Assembly (NCBI GenBank): GCA_964016885.1
Contig: CAXHJY010000257.1
Location: forward strand, 124,001 to 188,000
Direction of reading: 5' to 3'
Length of the DNA: 64,000 nt
Origin: Eledone cirrhosa
Taxonomy: Eukaryota
A program made the position numbers and the translations under genes. The notes below the pieces were generated by a model. The model had not been told where the DNA came from. It worked only from the letters and a program-made list of their open reading frames with translations, and ran no database searches. This document shows positions 26,250 to 40,039 of the stretch, one piece after another; position 1 is the first letter of the stretch; the number at the start of each line of letters is the position of its first letter.

Positions 26250-28988
26250 TGGGGATTCTTTTCTTTGTTTTTGTGCCTCTCCTTTGTTCTGTCCTATGCC
26301 ATTTTAGAGTAGAGCCAGTGGAAAGAGGCAGGAGTAATAATGAGAGACATAGAAACAACCATGAGGCTGTTGATGGAAATAGAAATAGAAACAACACAAC
26401 TAACAATAGCACTAGTACACATAAAGCAGCAGCCTGGAACTCTACTTTTTATAATCCCTCCGATAAGTCGTTCGACATGCGACGAGTCCACGCCACGACT
26501 TTACCATTTAACAAACGCACGCAATTGCCGTCGCAGGTCGATGAACAAACAGAAGCACAATTTAGTATAGCTAGATCCGAACTTAGAAATAAAAATATTA
26601 TAGAACAGTATAGCAAGAAGCATAATAGAATGGAGACCCAGCAACTGGGAGAAAAATCTGCAAATGGCTTGCGTAAGCTCATGCAGTGCTCGCGTAATGG
26701 AGAGATAGCATGCTGTCCAACAGACAAGTCTGGCAGAATGTCGGTTGACAGCCTGCCAAACTACATCCAGGCAATGCAACCCCACATCACTAACACAAGA
26801 GAAGTAACACCACAGGAGCATGAGGATAGAGAAAAAACCCTCAATGCCCATATGGTGATGTGGACGAATATAATGCAGCCCAACAAAAGGATTGCCAACA
26901 ACTTCCAGGCCTGGAACAATGACGTGCCGGCGTTGTATGGGCTTTGAAAAGACCAGAAAACGGGCAGTGACTCTGTCACGGGACCACCAACACGGCCAGT
27001 CTGTGGAGCTAACATTGCTAGTAACTACAGACTGTCCTACTTCCTCTCCCTGATCATACGCCCCATCATTGAAATGTCCCCAGATGTATGTGACAGCACG
27101 GAGGACCTCCTCAGCAGAATCGGCGAGGGTAACCGATCTCGGGACCTAACAAACTGCATAATAGATAGTATGGATGTTGTGTCTCTGTATCCATCTATTG
27201 ACGTGGATTTTGCTGTGGAGAAATGCGTAGAAATGATCAGTGAGAGCAATGTCGAGTTCCGTGGGATTGATACCATACTCCTACTTAAACTTACCTATAG
27301 TAATAATTACCTAGACACATATGACCTTAGCAACCTGTGCCCTACAAGACTAGCAAGAGGCAGACCACTTACCATTACCTCAATGGCCAAGAAAACCCAC
27401 ACAGATAGATGGAACAGGTGGACCAGAGCCATACGGACACCCGAAAACCACAATGAACTAAAGAAAATGATTGCACATGCGGAGGGGGTCAGCATAAAAT
27501 TAACCCTTAAGGAACATATGTTCAAATTTAATGGAAAAACATATGCCCAAGAGGAAGGAGCAGCCATTGGTGTTAGCATTGCAGGCGACATAGCTAACTT
27601 ATTCATGGTATGGTGGGACAGTAGACTTAAACTTAAACTTAAACTTAAAGAACAATTAGAAGACCCCTTAACCCTGATAATGTACTCCCGCTACGTTGAT
27701 GATATAAACATCGTAGTTAAAACACCCCCACTAGAGAACAGTCAGGAATTAGAGAAAAACAATGGAAAGCATCCATTAGAGTTACTATAGACTACCCAAG
27801 TAAACACCCCAACCATCGATTACCTGTACTAGACACAGAGCTCTGGTTAGATACCATTAATAACAAAAATCAAATCCTCCATTCCCATTATGCCAAACCT
27901 ATGAGTTCCAAATATCTGATCCACCGAAACTCAGCTATTTCGGACCATACCAAAATCAACATACTGATTGCGGATTTGGTACGTGTGATGAGAAACGTGT
28001 CCCGCATGTGCAACCCCGAAGAACTAGAGAGACACATACAACACTTCATCCACTGTATGCAGTTCTCTGGTTACAATCAGAGAGATAAAATCAGAGTGTA
28101 TAGAGGAGCCAGAACCAAATGGGAAAAAATGGTAAATAATGACACAAATGGGACCTGCCCCTTGTATAGGAGCAAATTTTGGAATAGAATAAAAAGAACT
28201 AGGAATAAGGCTAATAGAGTAAACTCATGGTATGATAGCAATAAATACCAGAGTGTAATGTTCATCGATACAACCCCTAGAGGTGAATTAGCTTACAAAT
28301 TTAGAAGGGCCCTAGATAAACATAAACTCAATATTAAGATAGTAGAAAGACCAGGTACCTCCATAAAATCACTTATTAGCAAGACATACCCTTTTCAAAG
28401 ACTCCCCAGTATAGATAAGAAATGTATAACCTGTACATTAAGCCCCCATATTAACTGTAAAACTAGAAATGTAGTATATAGCATAAGATGTACTGAAGGA
28501 CAATGTAGAGACAAAAATATAGTGTACATAGGTGAGACAGCTCGTAGTATAGGGGAGCGGATAAGTGAACACTGGCGAGACCTTCAAGATAGTAAAGAAT
28601 CATCTGTACTCTACCAACATGCTAAAATAGAACATAAGGGTAAATTAGAGAACATAGAAATAAAAATAGAATCTACACACAGAAAAGACGCAATGTTTAG
28701 ACAAATTACAGAGGCAATAAACATAAAAGAATTACAACCAAAATTAAATAGAAAATATGAGTGGAACAGCAACATCACAACTTACAATTAAGGACAAAAT
28801 GAAAACACACACGCCCATAGAACAAACAACCAACCTGTAACATGTAAATAAACAAATAAATAAACGAATATAAACACACAGACACCCGGATGTGGCGCAT
28901 GCGCAGACTGAGCACACAACACACACAGAAACAAAATGGCGTAGGACAGAACAAAGGAGAGGCACAAAAACAAAGAAAAGAATCCCTA

Positions 28989-29031
28989 GTCACTGAAGAG
29001 GTCACAGAATGTGTGACGAAAGAACTTTGAC
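28989..29031 (+). ncRNA. Minimal type I hammerhead-like motif
   Basis: gtca-CUGAAGA-g-gtcaca(gaatg)tgtgac-GAAA-gaac-UU-tgac. Confidence 0.62.
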
Positions 29032-29185
29032 AATATATAAACAACCATCTGGTTGTGGAACCAACCAACCAACCGGAAATTTATAAATTCTTAAATTTAT
29101 AAATTTATTATAATAAATTGAAGTGAAAGCAACTGGTGCGTGTGTTTCTTATTCGCAACATGGCCCTCCCAAAGTATAACAATAT

Positions 29186-29765
29186 ATATATATATATTAT
29201 AATAATATATATATTATATGTATATAATATATATATTATATGTATATAATATATATAATATGTATATAATATATATATTATATGTATATAATATATATTA
29301 TATGTATATAATATATAATATGTATATAATATATATGTATATAATATATATATTATATGTATATAATATATATATTATATGTATATATATATATATTATG
29401 TATATGTATATATATATGAATATTTATATATATATATTATATGTATATATATATATATTATGTATATGTATATATATATGAATATTTATATATATATATT
29501 ATATATATATATATGTATATTTTTATATATATATATTTATATATATATATATGGATATGTATATATCATCATCATCGTTTAACGTCCATGTTCCACACTT
29601 GCATGGGTTTGGACAGGAGTTTTCCCACTTTAGGCAAGAGTGGTTGTCATTGCTCATATATATTATATATATATGTATATTTTTATATATATATATATAT
29701 ATATTATATATATGGATATGTATATATATATATATTATATATATATGGATATGTATATATATATA

Positions 29766-29803
<38 letters not shown>

Positions 29804-29823
29804 TTATATTTATATATATATGG

Positions 29824-29859
<36 letters not shown>

Positions 29860-30041
29860 TATATATATATATATATGTATATTTATATATATATGGATAT
29901 GTATATATATATATTATGTATATATATGTATATTTATATATATATATATGGATATGTATATATATATATATATTATATATATATATATATGGATATGTAT
30001 ATATATATATTATATATATATGGATATGTATATATATATAT

Positions 30042-30072
<31 letters not shown>

Positions 30073-30123
30073 GGATATGTATATATATATATTATATATA
30101 TATGGATATGTATATATATATAT

Positions 30124-30183
<60 letters not shown>

Positions 30184-30344
30184 TGGATATGTATATATAT
30201 ATATATATATATGGATATGTATATATATATATTATATATATATATGTATATTTATATATATATATGGATATGTATATATATATGTATATTTATATATATA
30301 TATGGATATGTATATATGTATATTTATATATATATATGGATATG

Positions 30345-30378
<34 letters not shown>

Positions 30379-30565
30379 ATGTATATTTATATATATATAT
30401 ATGGATATGTATATATATATATATATATTATATATATATATGTATATTTATATATATATATATGTATATTTATATATATATATATATATGGATATGTATA
30501 TATATATATTTATATATATATATGGATATGTATATTTATATATATATATATATGGATATGTATAT
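29186..30565. repeat. Irregular (TA)n microsatellite with a ~90-bp RTE family B tail stub at ~29565-29656
   Basis: tggatatg and atta variants; the stub matches 30566-30655. Confidence 0.92.
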
Positions 30566-31627
30566 CATCATCATCGTTCAACATCCATCTTCCATGCTTG
30601 CATAGGTTTGGACGGGAATTTTCACACTTGAGGCAAGAGTGGTTGTCTTGCTCAGGACTGTCTGGCGGGTTTTCTACGGCTGGATGCCCTTCCTAACACC
30701 AACCAAGTTTACAGTATGGACTGGGAGGTTTTTGCTGTGTTACCTACACGGCCACATTACAGTGTGGACTGGGAGGTTTTTACCGTGTTACCTACACGGC
30801 CACCTTATAGCGTGGACTGTGTGTTTTTTTGTCGTGACACCTACACGACCTCATTTATTTAGGACTGGATGTTGTGGTACCAACATAACTTTACATTGAA
30901 AGAGGTGGTGTTGATGGGGTGGGGGGTAGTGGGACGGGGGTGTATTTTTGTTAGAGGTGCCTACTGACTGTAGGTTTCGCTTTGTACTTAGGCAAGGCGG
31001 GTCTTCTGTGTTACTGTGTAGCGCCAAAGATCTCGGTCCAGTGACATTGTCTTGGAGAGGTGTAAGTGTGTGAGGTCAGAATTTATCAAGTCGTCCCAGG
31101 TTTTTCTGGGTCTGCCTACTCCGTGGCTACCGTCTATTTTTATCGTCCTGCACTTTTTTATACAGCTCTTGTCTTTCATGCGCATCACGTGACTATACCA
31201 ACGTAGTCTTCTCTCGAGTAAACAACATCTGATCTCTCTTATTCCTAATTTCTCCCTTAGTTCGTTTATGCTTTGCCCTTCACGTATATTACTATTACAC
31301 ATCTAGCGGAGCATGCAAGCTTCGTTCTTCTCCAGTCTGCATATATCCTCTGCACACAATGCCCAAGTCTCACTGCCATGTAACATTGCTGTTCGTATGC
31401 AGGCATCATTTAGCCTGCCTTTCATTTTTACAGAGAACCCTTTTCCTCTGACTCTAGCTACTGTACTTTCAGAGCACCCTCCACCACTGCCGATTTTGTC
31501 ACCCAGGTAACGGAAGGTGTCCACTATTTCTATAGAACCATCTGTGCAATGGAATGAGCTAGTATTCTGTGGGCACTTACTCCTACTTATTGCACCTGAG
31601 CACCGGCCACATATAAAATCTATATTT
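30566..31627 (-). mobile_element. 5'-truncated, diverged RTE family B copy
   Basis: FRYLGD..., [22 protein letters not shown]; 3' UTR and tail. Confidence 0.9.
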
Positions 31628-32480
31628 TTAAATGATCTAAATAAAATTATGAAATGTTTTTAGATAAATATAAGCACTTTAAAATAAACATCTTCATATT
31701 ATAGAACCAATGGTGGTTTCAGGTACTTTCATGACAGGGTTAATGGCATTTTTACATTAGTATGAAGCTTTTGTAAGGGAACTAGGGAGTTATTTGTGTG
31801 GTTGTTGGGTTATACAATGTGAAATCTGAGAAATTAACATTGTTCCACAATGCTTCATTGAACAAGTATATAATAAAACAATACTTTCACACCTCTTATC
31901 TCATGACAGTATTAGCTTACATTGTCTTCTTTTAAAATATGTCAACTATGGGAATATGCATTATGACTCACGCCAGACTAGCACAAGTCAAATACTAGTT
32001 ATAAATCCAATTTATAAATTCACAATTGTATGGATAGTATTAAAGAGCTCAAAACATTTCATAGTACCATCCAAATTTGTATAATTACAAAAACCACATC
32101 ACAGTAAACTAGATGGAAAATACAATCGATGCTTCTGAACATAAGATATTTTTTGCCAGTGTTTCTAAGGATGCAGAAAATAATAAATGTTACAAAAGCA
32201 AGACAAGAAATTAGGCCAGTTAAAGTGCTATTTTGAAACATCTGGTTAGTCAGGCAAGATAAAAAAATATTCCTTGACAATCATCATCTAAAAATTGCTA
32301 CGCCCAACAGATAGAAGTTAAAAAAGAGGAAATACTATTATATAATTTGTATCAAGTCGAAAACAAGCAGAATTATTTTTTCTCCTTCAACTAGCTGAAG
32401 GATCAATGTGTGTAGAGAAAGTCCAAACTGCTGCAGGTTAACTCTTCATGCCCTCTACCTCATGAAACTACATCAGGAAG

Positions 32481-35400
32481 ATCATCATCATCATCATCAT
32501 CATCAGGTTTAGCGTCCGTGTTCCACGCTTGCATGGGTTTGGACGGGGGTTTTCCCACTTGAGGCAAGAGTGGTTGTCTTGCTCGCATAGGACTGTCTGG
32601 CGGGTTTTCTACAGTTGGATGCCCTTCCTAACACCAACCACATTTACAGTGTGGGGCTGGGAGGTTTTTACCGTGTTGCCTACACGGCCACATTACAGCG
32701 TGGACTGTCTGGCGGGTTTTCTACAGCTGGATGCCCTTCCTAACACCAACCACATTTACAGTGTGGGGCTGGGAGGTTTTTACCGTGTTGCCTACACGGC
32801 CACATTTACAGCGTGGACTGTGTGTTTTTTGTCGTGACACCTACACGATCTCATTTGTTTCGGCCTGGATGTTGTGGGACCAACATAACTTTACATTGAA
32901 AGGGGCGGTGTGGGTGGGGTGGAGGTGGTGGGACGGGGGTGTGTTTTGATAGAGATGCCTACTGACTGTAGTAGGTTTTTACTTTGTATTTAGGTACGGC
33001 GGGTCTTCTCTATTACTGAGTACCGCCAAAGGTCTCGGTCCAGTGACATTGTCTTGGAGAGGTGTAAGCGTGTGAGGTCGGAATTTATCAGCTCGTCCCA
33101 TGTTTTTCTGGGTCTGCCTACTCCGTGGCTACCGTCTATCTTTATTGCCCTGCACTTTGTTATACAGCTTTCGTCTTTCATGCGCATCACGTGACCGTAC
33201 CAACGTAGCCTTCTCTCGAGTAAACAACATCTGATCCCTCTTATTTCTAATTTTTTCCTTAGTTCGTTTATGCTTTGCCGTTCACGTATATTACTATTGC
33301 ACATCCAGCGGAGCATGCAAGCTTCGTTCCTCTCTAGTCTGCGTATATCCTCTGCACACAATGCCCAGGTCTCACTGCCATGCAGCATTGCTGTTCGTAT
33401 GCAGGCATCGTATAACCTGCCTTTCATTTTTAGGGAGAACCCTCTAGCGGCTAATAGTGGTATAAGCTCTCTGAACTTTTTCCATCCAGTTCTGACTCTA
33501 GCTACTGTACTTTCAGAGCACCCTCCCCCACTGCTGATTTTGTCACCCAGATAACGGAAGCTGTCCACTATTTCTATAGAACCCTCTGCGCAGTTGAAGG
33601 AGCTAGTATTTTGTGGGCACTTGCTGCTACTTATTGCACCAGAGCACCGGCCACATGTAAAATCTATGTTCTTAGTTAGCTTACCTGTGATCCCACTACA
33701 TCTTTTATGCACCCATACTTTGCATTTGGGACATAAAATGGAGTTTCTACCTACGCCTTTCCTACACACTGAGCATGGCCATTTCCCCGATGGGACCGCC
33801 GCCTTATTTTCTTTCCTACAAACTAGAACTTTAGTCTTAGCCAGGTTAATTTTAAGGCCTTTTGATTCTAGGCCGTGCTTCCACGTTTGGAATTTCTTCT
33901 CTAGTTCGGTCATTGATTCAGCTATGAGCGTTAGATCATCTGCGTATAGGAGTTCCCATGGGCAGCCGGTCTTGAACTCCTCTGTTATAGCCTGAAGGGC
34001 AATAATAAATAGTAGGGGGCTAAGAACAGAGCCCTGATGGACACCAACTTTTACGCTAAACTCTTCACTATATTCGTTGTTAATTCTAACCTTACTGACT
34101 GTTTCTTTATACATGGCTTGTATAGCTCTCACAAGCCATTCGTCAACACCTAGTTTTCTAAGAGACCACCAGATAATGGAACGGGGGACTCTGTCGAAGG
34201 CTTTCTCCAAGTCGACGAAAGCTAAGTATAGGGGTTTACTTTTAGCTAGGTACTTCTCCTGTAGTTGTCGTACAATGAAAAGAGCGTCTGTGGTACTTTT
34301 GCCTGACACAAACCCGAACTGCATTTCATCTAGATCAATTCTCTCTCTGATTAGTTGCGCTATTACTTTTTCCGTGACCTTCATGACCTGGTCGATTAAT
34401 TTAATGCCTCTATAGTTACTCCTATCTAGGGCATCTCCTTTTCCCTTATAGCAGTTAACGATGATGCTGCTACGCCATTCCTTCGGAACAACCCCATTCT
34501 GTACGACTTGGTTAACTATCCGGGTGACCATGGTGTGTCCCACCGAACCAGATGCCTTCAGCATCTCAGCAACTATTTCCGAAGGCCCAGCCGCCTTACC
34601 CGTCTTCATATCTTTGATTGCCTTACTTATTATACTACCTTCAACTAACACTGCTGGTCCCTCTATTGGATCGATCTGGGGGAGACTGTCTTTCTCCCAT
34701 TTGTTCTCCTCATTTAGAAGCCTTTCGTAGTGACACTTCCAAGCTACCTTCTTATCAGCGTCGGTGATGGCAAGTATGCCATCATCGTTAAGTACACACT
34801 TCTCCCCGACAATATCACGGTTTTCCTTGACACATTGCCTGGCAATCCTGAACACCTCACGATTTTGGTCCTCACGTTGTAGAACATGCTTGAACTTTCT
34901 TTCCTCTGCTTCCCTTCTTGCGAAGTACACTTGTCTCCTAGCTTCCCTCCTGGCCACTTGATAGTCTTCTCTACTTCCCCCATCCCGCCATACTTTCCAA
35001 GCCTGCTTTTTGGCCTTAATTGACTCCTCCACCTTACTGTTCCACCACCATGTTACTCTCCTCCTACCTACAGGCCTGCTCCAGCCACAGACTTCGTCTG
35101 CCGCCGTCAGCAGGTTTGCTCTCAGGAATTCCCACTGTTCCTCTATATTATACGACTCTAATTGCTCTTCCTTACTGTCGAAAGCGTCAAGTAATATGCT
35201 TTGAAATTTATTTCTGGCTATGGGGTCCTTTAGCTTCCATATTTTTCTCCTGAGGATAGTCCTCTTCCGCTGTCTAGTACGTCTCGTCCTGACTATGAGG
35301 TCGCTAATTATCAGTCTATGTTGGGATGTGAATTCTTCATGGGGGTGGGATTTAGTGTTAACAACAGACACTCTGTCACGTCTTCTGGTAAGGATATAAT

Positions 35401-37101
35401 CTACCTGGCTTGTGTGTTCCCCCGATCTATAGGTGATCAAGTGATTGTCTCGTTTTTTGAAGTTAGTGTTACAGATAGTTAAGTTATTTGCGTCGCAGAA
35501 TTCCAGGATTCTGGAGCCTTCCTCATTTCTAGTACCGAACCCATAGCCTCCATGGATTCCGTCATAGCCGTCACAATGTTGTCCAACGTGACCATTTAGG
35601 TCGCCTGCAATAACTATATAGTCACTGTCGGTTATTTGGGAGGTAGCGAGCATCAGTGTCTCGTAGAATCTGTCTTTTATAGCGCGGGGCAGTCCGGATT
35701 GGGGTGCGTACGCTGATATTACTGTCACCGTAGTTTTATTGAGGACAAGTCTTATTTTAATTATTCTGTCGTTCACTCTATTTACGTCTATTATCTTATC
35801 TGCCCACTTTTCTGCTACCATGATTCCTACCCCACCCAACCCATTGTCATTTCCCACCCAGAAAAGCTTATAGCATCGTTCTTTACCCACGATGAATCTA
35901 GCCGACCCTCCCCTCCACCTGGTCTCTTGAATACAACAAACATCGACCTCCTTACGTTCAAGCATTTCTACAACCTCGTTAGAGCGACCCTTTAAGGTGC
36001 CTACATTCATGGTACCAACTCTGAAGTTTTGGATTGCGTTTGGAGGGTGGGAGCGGTGGGGCGCGGGGGGGGATGGGGTTATGTTAGCCATCCTGGGCCG
36101 AAACAAGGAGGAGTGCTTGCATTCTCGTCCACGAGGTGAATTTGGCTTTATCTTTGGCATTGTCGCTGAGCGTCCACATTTTTCTCTCTTCAACTCTTCA
36201 GAATTCCGTAGTCCATCCATCATATCGAAAAGCAACCAGTTAAGCGATAGTATGGGCCTCTGACTTATGATTGGTCCACGTAATAATGGTGGTGCGTGGG
36301 GGCGGGAGGGAGGGATGATGGGTTGTTAGCGAGAATGTAAGGTTTAAGATAAGGTCGCCGTATTTTGGGCATAATTTAACAATAAACGAAAATACAAGAT
36401 TTGTTTTGTTTAAGAAAATACGATAGAGAAAATGCGGTGATAGGGAAAATATGATTTTTAGAGAAAAGATATGATATAGAATGGTGAAAATATGATATAG
36501 TGTGAAATTAGGACATAGAAGTGATTGAATGAATGGGTTCGAATGGAGAGAAGAATCGAGAAAAATTTGAACGTTACTTTATACCGAAGGGAACAGCCAT
36601 CCCAGAAATAGCGAGTTGGCGATTTTGATTAATTTTGGTAGGGTTTTATCTTATATGTATAGAGAGGGGAGGGGGGGGGGGGCAGGAACCAGCATGATGA
36701 ATGGGTAGGGGGTAGAATATGGGATGGAGCAGAGGTTAAAAGTTTAAATAGGTACTCGAAGTTTTGCGTAAAACTTAGCAAGTTTAACAAATTATATTTA
36801 AAGGAATATATAATAGTGATTTGTTTTGATATGAAAATACGACAGAATATGAAAATATGACAGAATGTAAGGTTTAAGATAAGATCGCCGTATTTTGGGC
36901 ATAATTTAACAATAAACGAAAATACAAGATTTGTTTTGTTTAAGAAAATACGATAGAGAAAATGCGGTGATAGGGAAAATATGATTTTTAGAGAAAAGAT
37001 ATGATATAGAATGGTGAAAATATGATATAGTGTGAAATTAGGACATAGAAGTGATTGAATGAATGGGTTCGAATGGAGAGAAGAATCGAGAAAAATTTGA
37101 A
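32481..37101 (-). mobile_element. Full-length RTE LINE (family B) with a duplicated 5' segment
   Basis: intact ORF; (GAT)n tail; ~110-bp tandem duplication in the 3' UTR (~32590-32820); 240-bp direct repeat 36332-36571 / 36862-37101; 5' boundary inferred. Confidence 0.9.
32990..36235 (-). CDS. RTE polyprotein APE-RT-PHD (up to 1081 aa; true start uncertain)
   Basis: TMNVGTL, IQETRW, AGDLNGHVG, VDYIL; [15 protein letters not shown]; C4HC3 motif; RLRWYGHV. Confidence 0.92.
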   Translation of the reverse strand: MLFDMMDGLRNSEELKREKCGRSATMPKIKPNSPRGRECKHSSLFRPRMANITPSPPAPHRSHPPNAIQNFRVGTMNVGTLKGRSNEVVEMLERKEVDVCCIQETRWRGGSARFIVGKERCYKLFWVGNDNGLGGVGIMVAEKWADKIIDVNRVNDRIIKIRLVLNKTTVTVISAYAPQSGLPRAIKDRFYETLMLATSQITDSDYIVIAGDLNGHVGQHCDGYDGIHGGYGFGTRNEEGSRILEFCDANNLTICNTNFKKRDNHLITYRSGEHTSQVDYILTRRRDRVSVVNTKSHPHEEFTSQHRLIISDLIVRTRRTRQRKRTILRRKIWKLKDPIARNKFQSILLDAFDSKEEQLESYNIEEQWEFLRANLLTAADEVCGWSRPVGRRRVTWWWNSKVEESIKAKKQAWKVWRDGGSREDYQVARREARRQVYFARREAEERKFKHVLQREDQNREVFRIARQCVKENRDIVGEKCVLNDDGILAITDADKKVAWKCHYERLLNEENKWEKDSLPQIDPIEGPAVLVEGSIISKAIKDMKTGKAAGPSEIVAEMLKASGSVGHTMVTRIVNQVVQNGVVPKEWRSSIIVNCYKGKGDALDRSNYRGIKLIDQVMKVTEKVIAQLIRERIDLDEMQFGFVSGKSTTDALFIVRQLQEKYLAKSKPLYLAFVDLEKAFDRVPRSIIWWSLRKLGVDEWLVRAIQAMYKETVSKVRINNEYSEEFSVKVGVHQGSVLSPLLFIIALQAITEEFKTGCPWELLYADDLTLIAESMTELEKKFQTWKHGLESKGLKINLAKTKVLVCRKENKAAVPSGKWPCSVCRKGVGRNSILCPKCKVWVHKRCSGITGKLTKNIDFTCGRCSGAISSSKCPQNTSSFNCAEGSIEIVDSFRYLGDKISSGGGCSESTVARVRTGWKKFRELIPLLAARGFSLKMKGRLYDACIRTAMLHGSETWALCAEDIRRLERNEACMLRWMCNSNIRERQSINELRKKLEIRGIRCCLLERRLRWYGHVMRMKDESCITKCRAIKIDGSHGVGRPRKTWDELINSDLTRLHLSKTMSLDRDLWRYSVIEKTRRT

Positions 37102-37338
37102 ATCCTTGAAAAATACAAAACAGCATTATGATTGGATCACATTAAAAATTCAAGCCTTTAATACTGCAGATTTTCACAAGACCCTATAAACAATTAAATT
37201 GACAGATCCTGTTGTTTTTTTTTACAGCTATTTTCTAAATCATCATTATGTGAAAGAGTTAAGGTGCATTTTGATTAATTATGTTGCAGTCCTCCCCACC
37301 TACAACTGTCCATCCACAAATCTTGCTATACATTGATC

Positions 37339-37469
37339 CCAGTAGTGGACTGGTACTTTTTCCTATTGACCTCGAAAGGATGAAAAGCAAAGTTGACTAC
37401 GGTGGGTTTTGAACCCAGAGTGAAGAGAGACAATGAATACTGCAAAACATTCTATCCAATTTGCTGCCC
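37339..37469 (-). mobile_element. Old SINE remnant with a Nin-domain-like core
   Basis: minus strand reads ggttcaaaac...ctttgcttttcatcctttcgaggtcaatagg..aagtaccagt, resembling the Nin domain. Confidence 0.55.
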
Positions 37470-37551
37470 TACATATATATTTATAACACACACATCAGAC
37501 AAAGAGTTCATTTATACCGCAGTTTCATATTTCCCTGTAGCATGTCACAGC

Positions 37552-37831
37552 TAAACCTTTTTAATGCCAAATCTATTTGCCTGTAATTTTGAAAATAATT
37601 ATGAATTTGAGGAACATGGCAAAATAACTCCTTCATTTGGGGATTTGAGGAACAAAACTTAACATGAAAGTGTTTATATTTGTCAAAAAACCTTCCATCA
37701 CAATTTCATGTTAAGTTTTGCTCCTCAAATCCTCAAATGAAGGAGCCACTCTACCATGTTCCTCAAATTCATAATTATTTTCAAAATTGCAGGCATTGTT
37801 TTCATTAGAAATATGGTAACAAGTTGGTTAA
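37552..37831. mobile_element. MITE-like palindromic DNA element
   Basis: ~95-bp imperfect inverted arms 37578-37673 / 37699-37795; right end ggttaa suggests TTAA-type termini. Confidence 0.7.
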
Positions 37832-37872
37832 AGCTTTTAACTGTATCCACACACAAAATAAGATTTAGAGGA

Positions 37873-38430
37873 AACTAGCATTAAAGCCCGGCGTTGCTCG
37901 GGGTCAGTAAGTTACCAAAGTTAGGTTGCACCACCCATTTTATGGCAGCATTTTTTTATCTGCCAGGCACTGGATGAATGAATTGCAGACCTGGACTGCC
38001 GAAGCAGGAGCTGCGCCAGCAGTGACAATTGTAGTTTCGCCTATGGATATTATCTCTGTGCAAAGAAGTGTTGAAATTTATTGTTTCACAGTACTTGCGC
38101 AACACGTGCGTAGTTGATGCCAGCCGAACAACAGAGCTGCGATGGAGTTGTTCTGCATGGTTGTCTAATGTGTTTTCTAAATTTAAGACAGTAGGGAGGG
38201 GTGTGATATGGGGAAGAGTTAGCTGCTGTTTCTAGCAGGTTTAAGTGACCTCATAGAGGATATGTTTTCTAAATTTAAGACAGTAGGGAGTGGTGTGATA
38301 GGGGGGAGAGTAGCTGCTGTTTCTAGCAGGTTTAGTGACCTCATAGAGGATATTATTGTGTATAGTAAATGAACTGATACTTTCTTCCACGTTCGTTGAT
38401 AGATGTTTTAAAAAAGATTTATCGCTATGT
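37873..38430. mobile_element. Helentron/HINE-like non-autonomous element with an internal ~90-bp tandem duplication
   Basis: terminal actagc..cccggcgttgctcggg hairpin motif; repeats at ~38171-38260 and ~38261-38351. Confidence 0.5.
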
Positions 38431-39085
<655 letters not shown>

Positions 39086-39748
39086 AATCTTAATTTTTGT
39101 TAACCTATAATTATATTCTACTATAGATAAAATACAAAATCTGCTTTAATTATTATAAACCTAATTAACATATACTATAGAAATTAATATATAATTTTTA
39201 ATTTAGTTAACCTATAATTTATATTCTACTACCGATGAAATACTTGATTTGGTTTTCCCTATTACTAAATTCATTTCCTAAAATTGATACCATAATGTTA
39301 ATATTTTTAATTTAGTTATGCTATAATTAATACTCTACTACTGTTTAACTTCAAAATTCCGCTTTAAATATTATAAACCTAAGTGGTATACACCTTAGAA
39401 ATCAATATATTAACTATTTTTAATTTAGTTAACCTATAATTAATAGTCTACTTATATTAAAATGCATAATTTTGCCTTCTTTCTTACATTTCCTAATACT
39501 GAAACTACTATGTAAACACATATGATCTAAATGCAGATTAATATTCTATGTTCCTTGAAACCTATATTTACTATTTCTCACTAATAATTTTAATCCCCCC
39601 CCCCTATAATTATTCGTATTTGTAAGCGTGGATGTATGTATGTGTATGTAAGTATGTATGTATGTTTGGGTGTTTGTATGTGAGTATAAAAATACATATG
39701 AGCGCATGTAAATAAGTGTGTATGATTGTATATATATAGATATATATG

Positions 39749-39786
<38 letters not shown>

Positions 39787-39814
39787 TATGTATGTCTATC
39801 TATTTGTACATATA

Positions 39815-39875
<61 letters not shown>

Positions 39876-39973
39876 ATGTGTGTATATATATTTGTAGAGA
39901 TGTGTGTATGTGTATATATATATGTGTGCATAATTGTCTGACTGTGTGTATTTATTTATTTATTTATTTATTT

Positions 39974-40039
<66 letters not shown>

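Larger units (their letters stand above)
26030..29185 (+). mobile_element. 5'-truncated Penelope-like element with an inverted 5' pLTR; decayed RT-GIY-YIG (clade uncertain, possibly Nematis-like)
   Basis: TDKSG, SMDVVSLYPSI, YSRYVDD, NVVYSIRC..YIGETARS..ER..EH; 26085-26305 is the reverse complement of 28933-29185. Confidence 0.88.

Noticed and set aside
26085-29185. DNA transposon with terminal inverted repeats
   Set aside because: The interior encodes RT and GIY-YIG rather than a transposase; the repeats are inverted pLTRs
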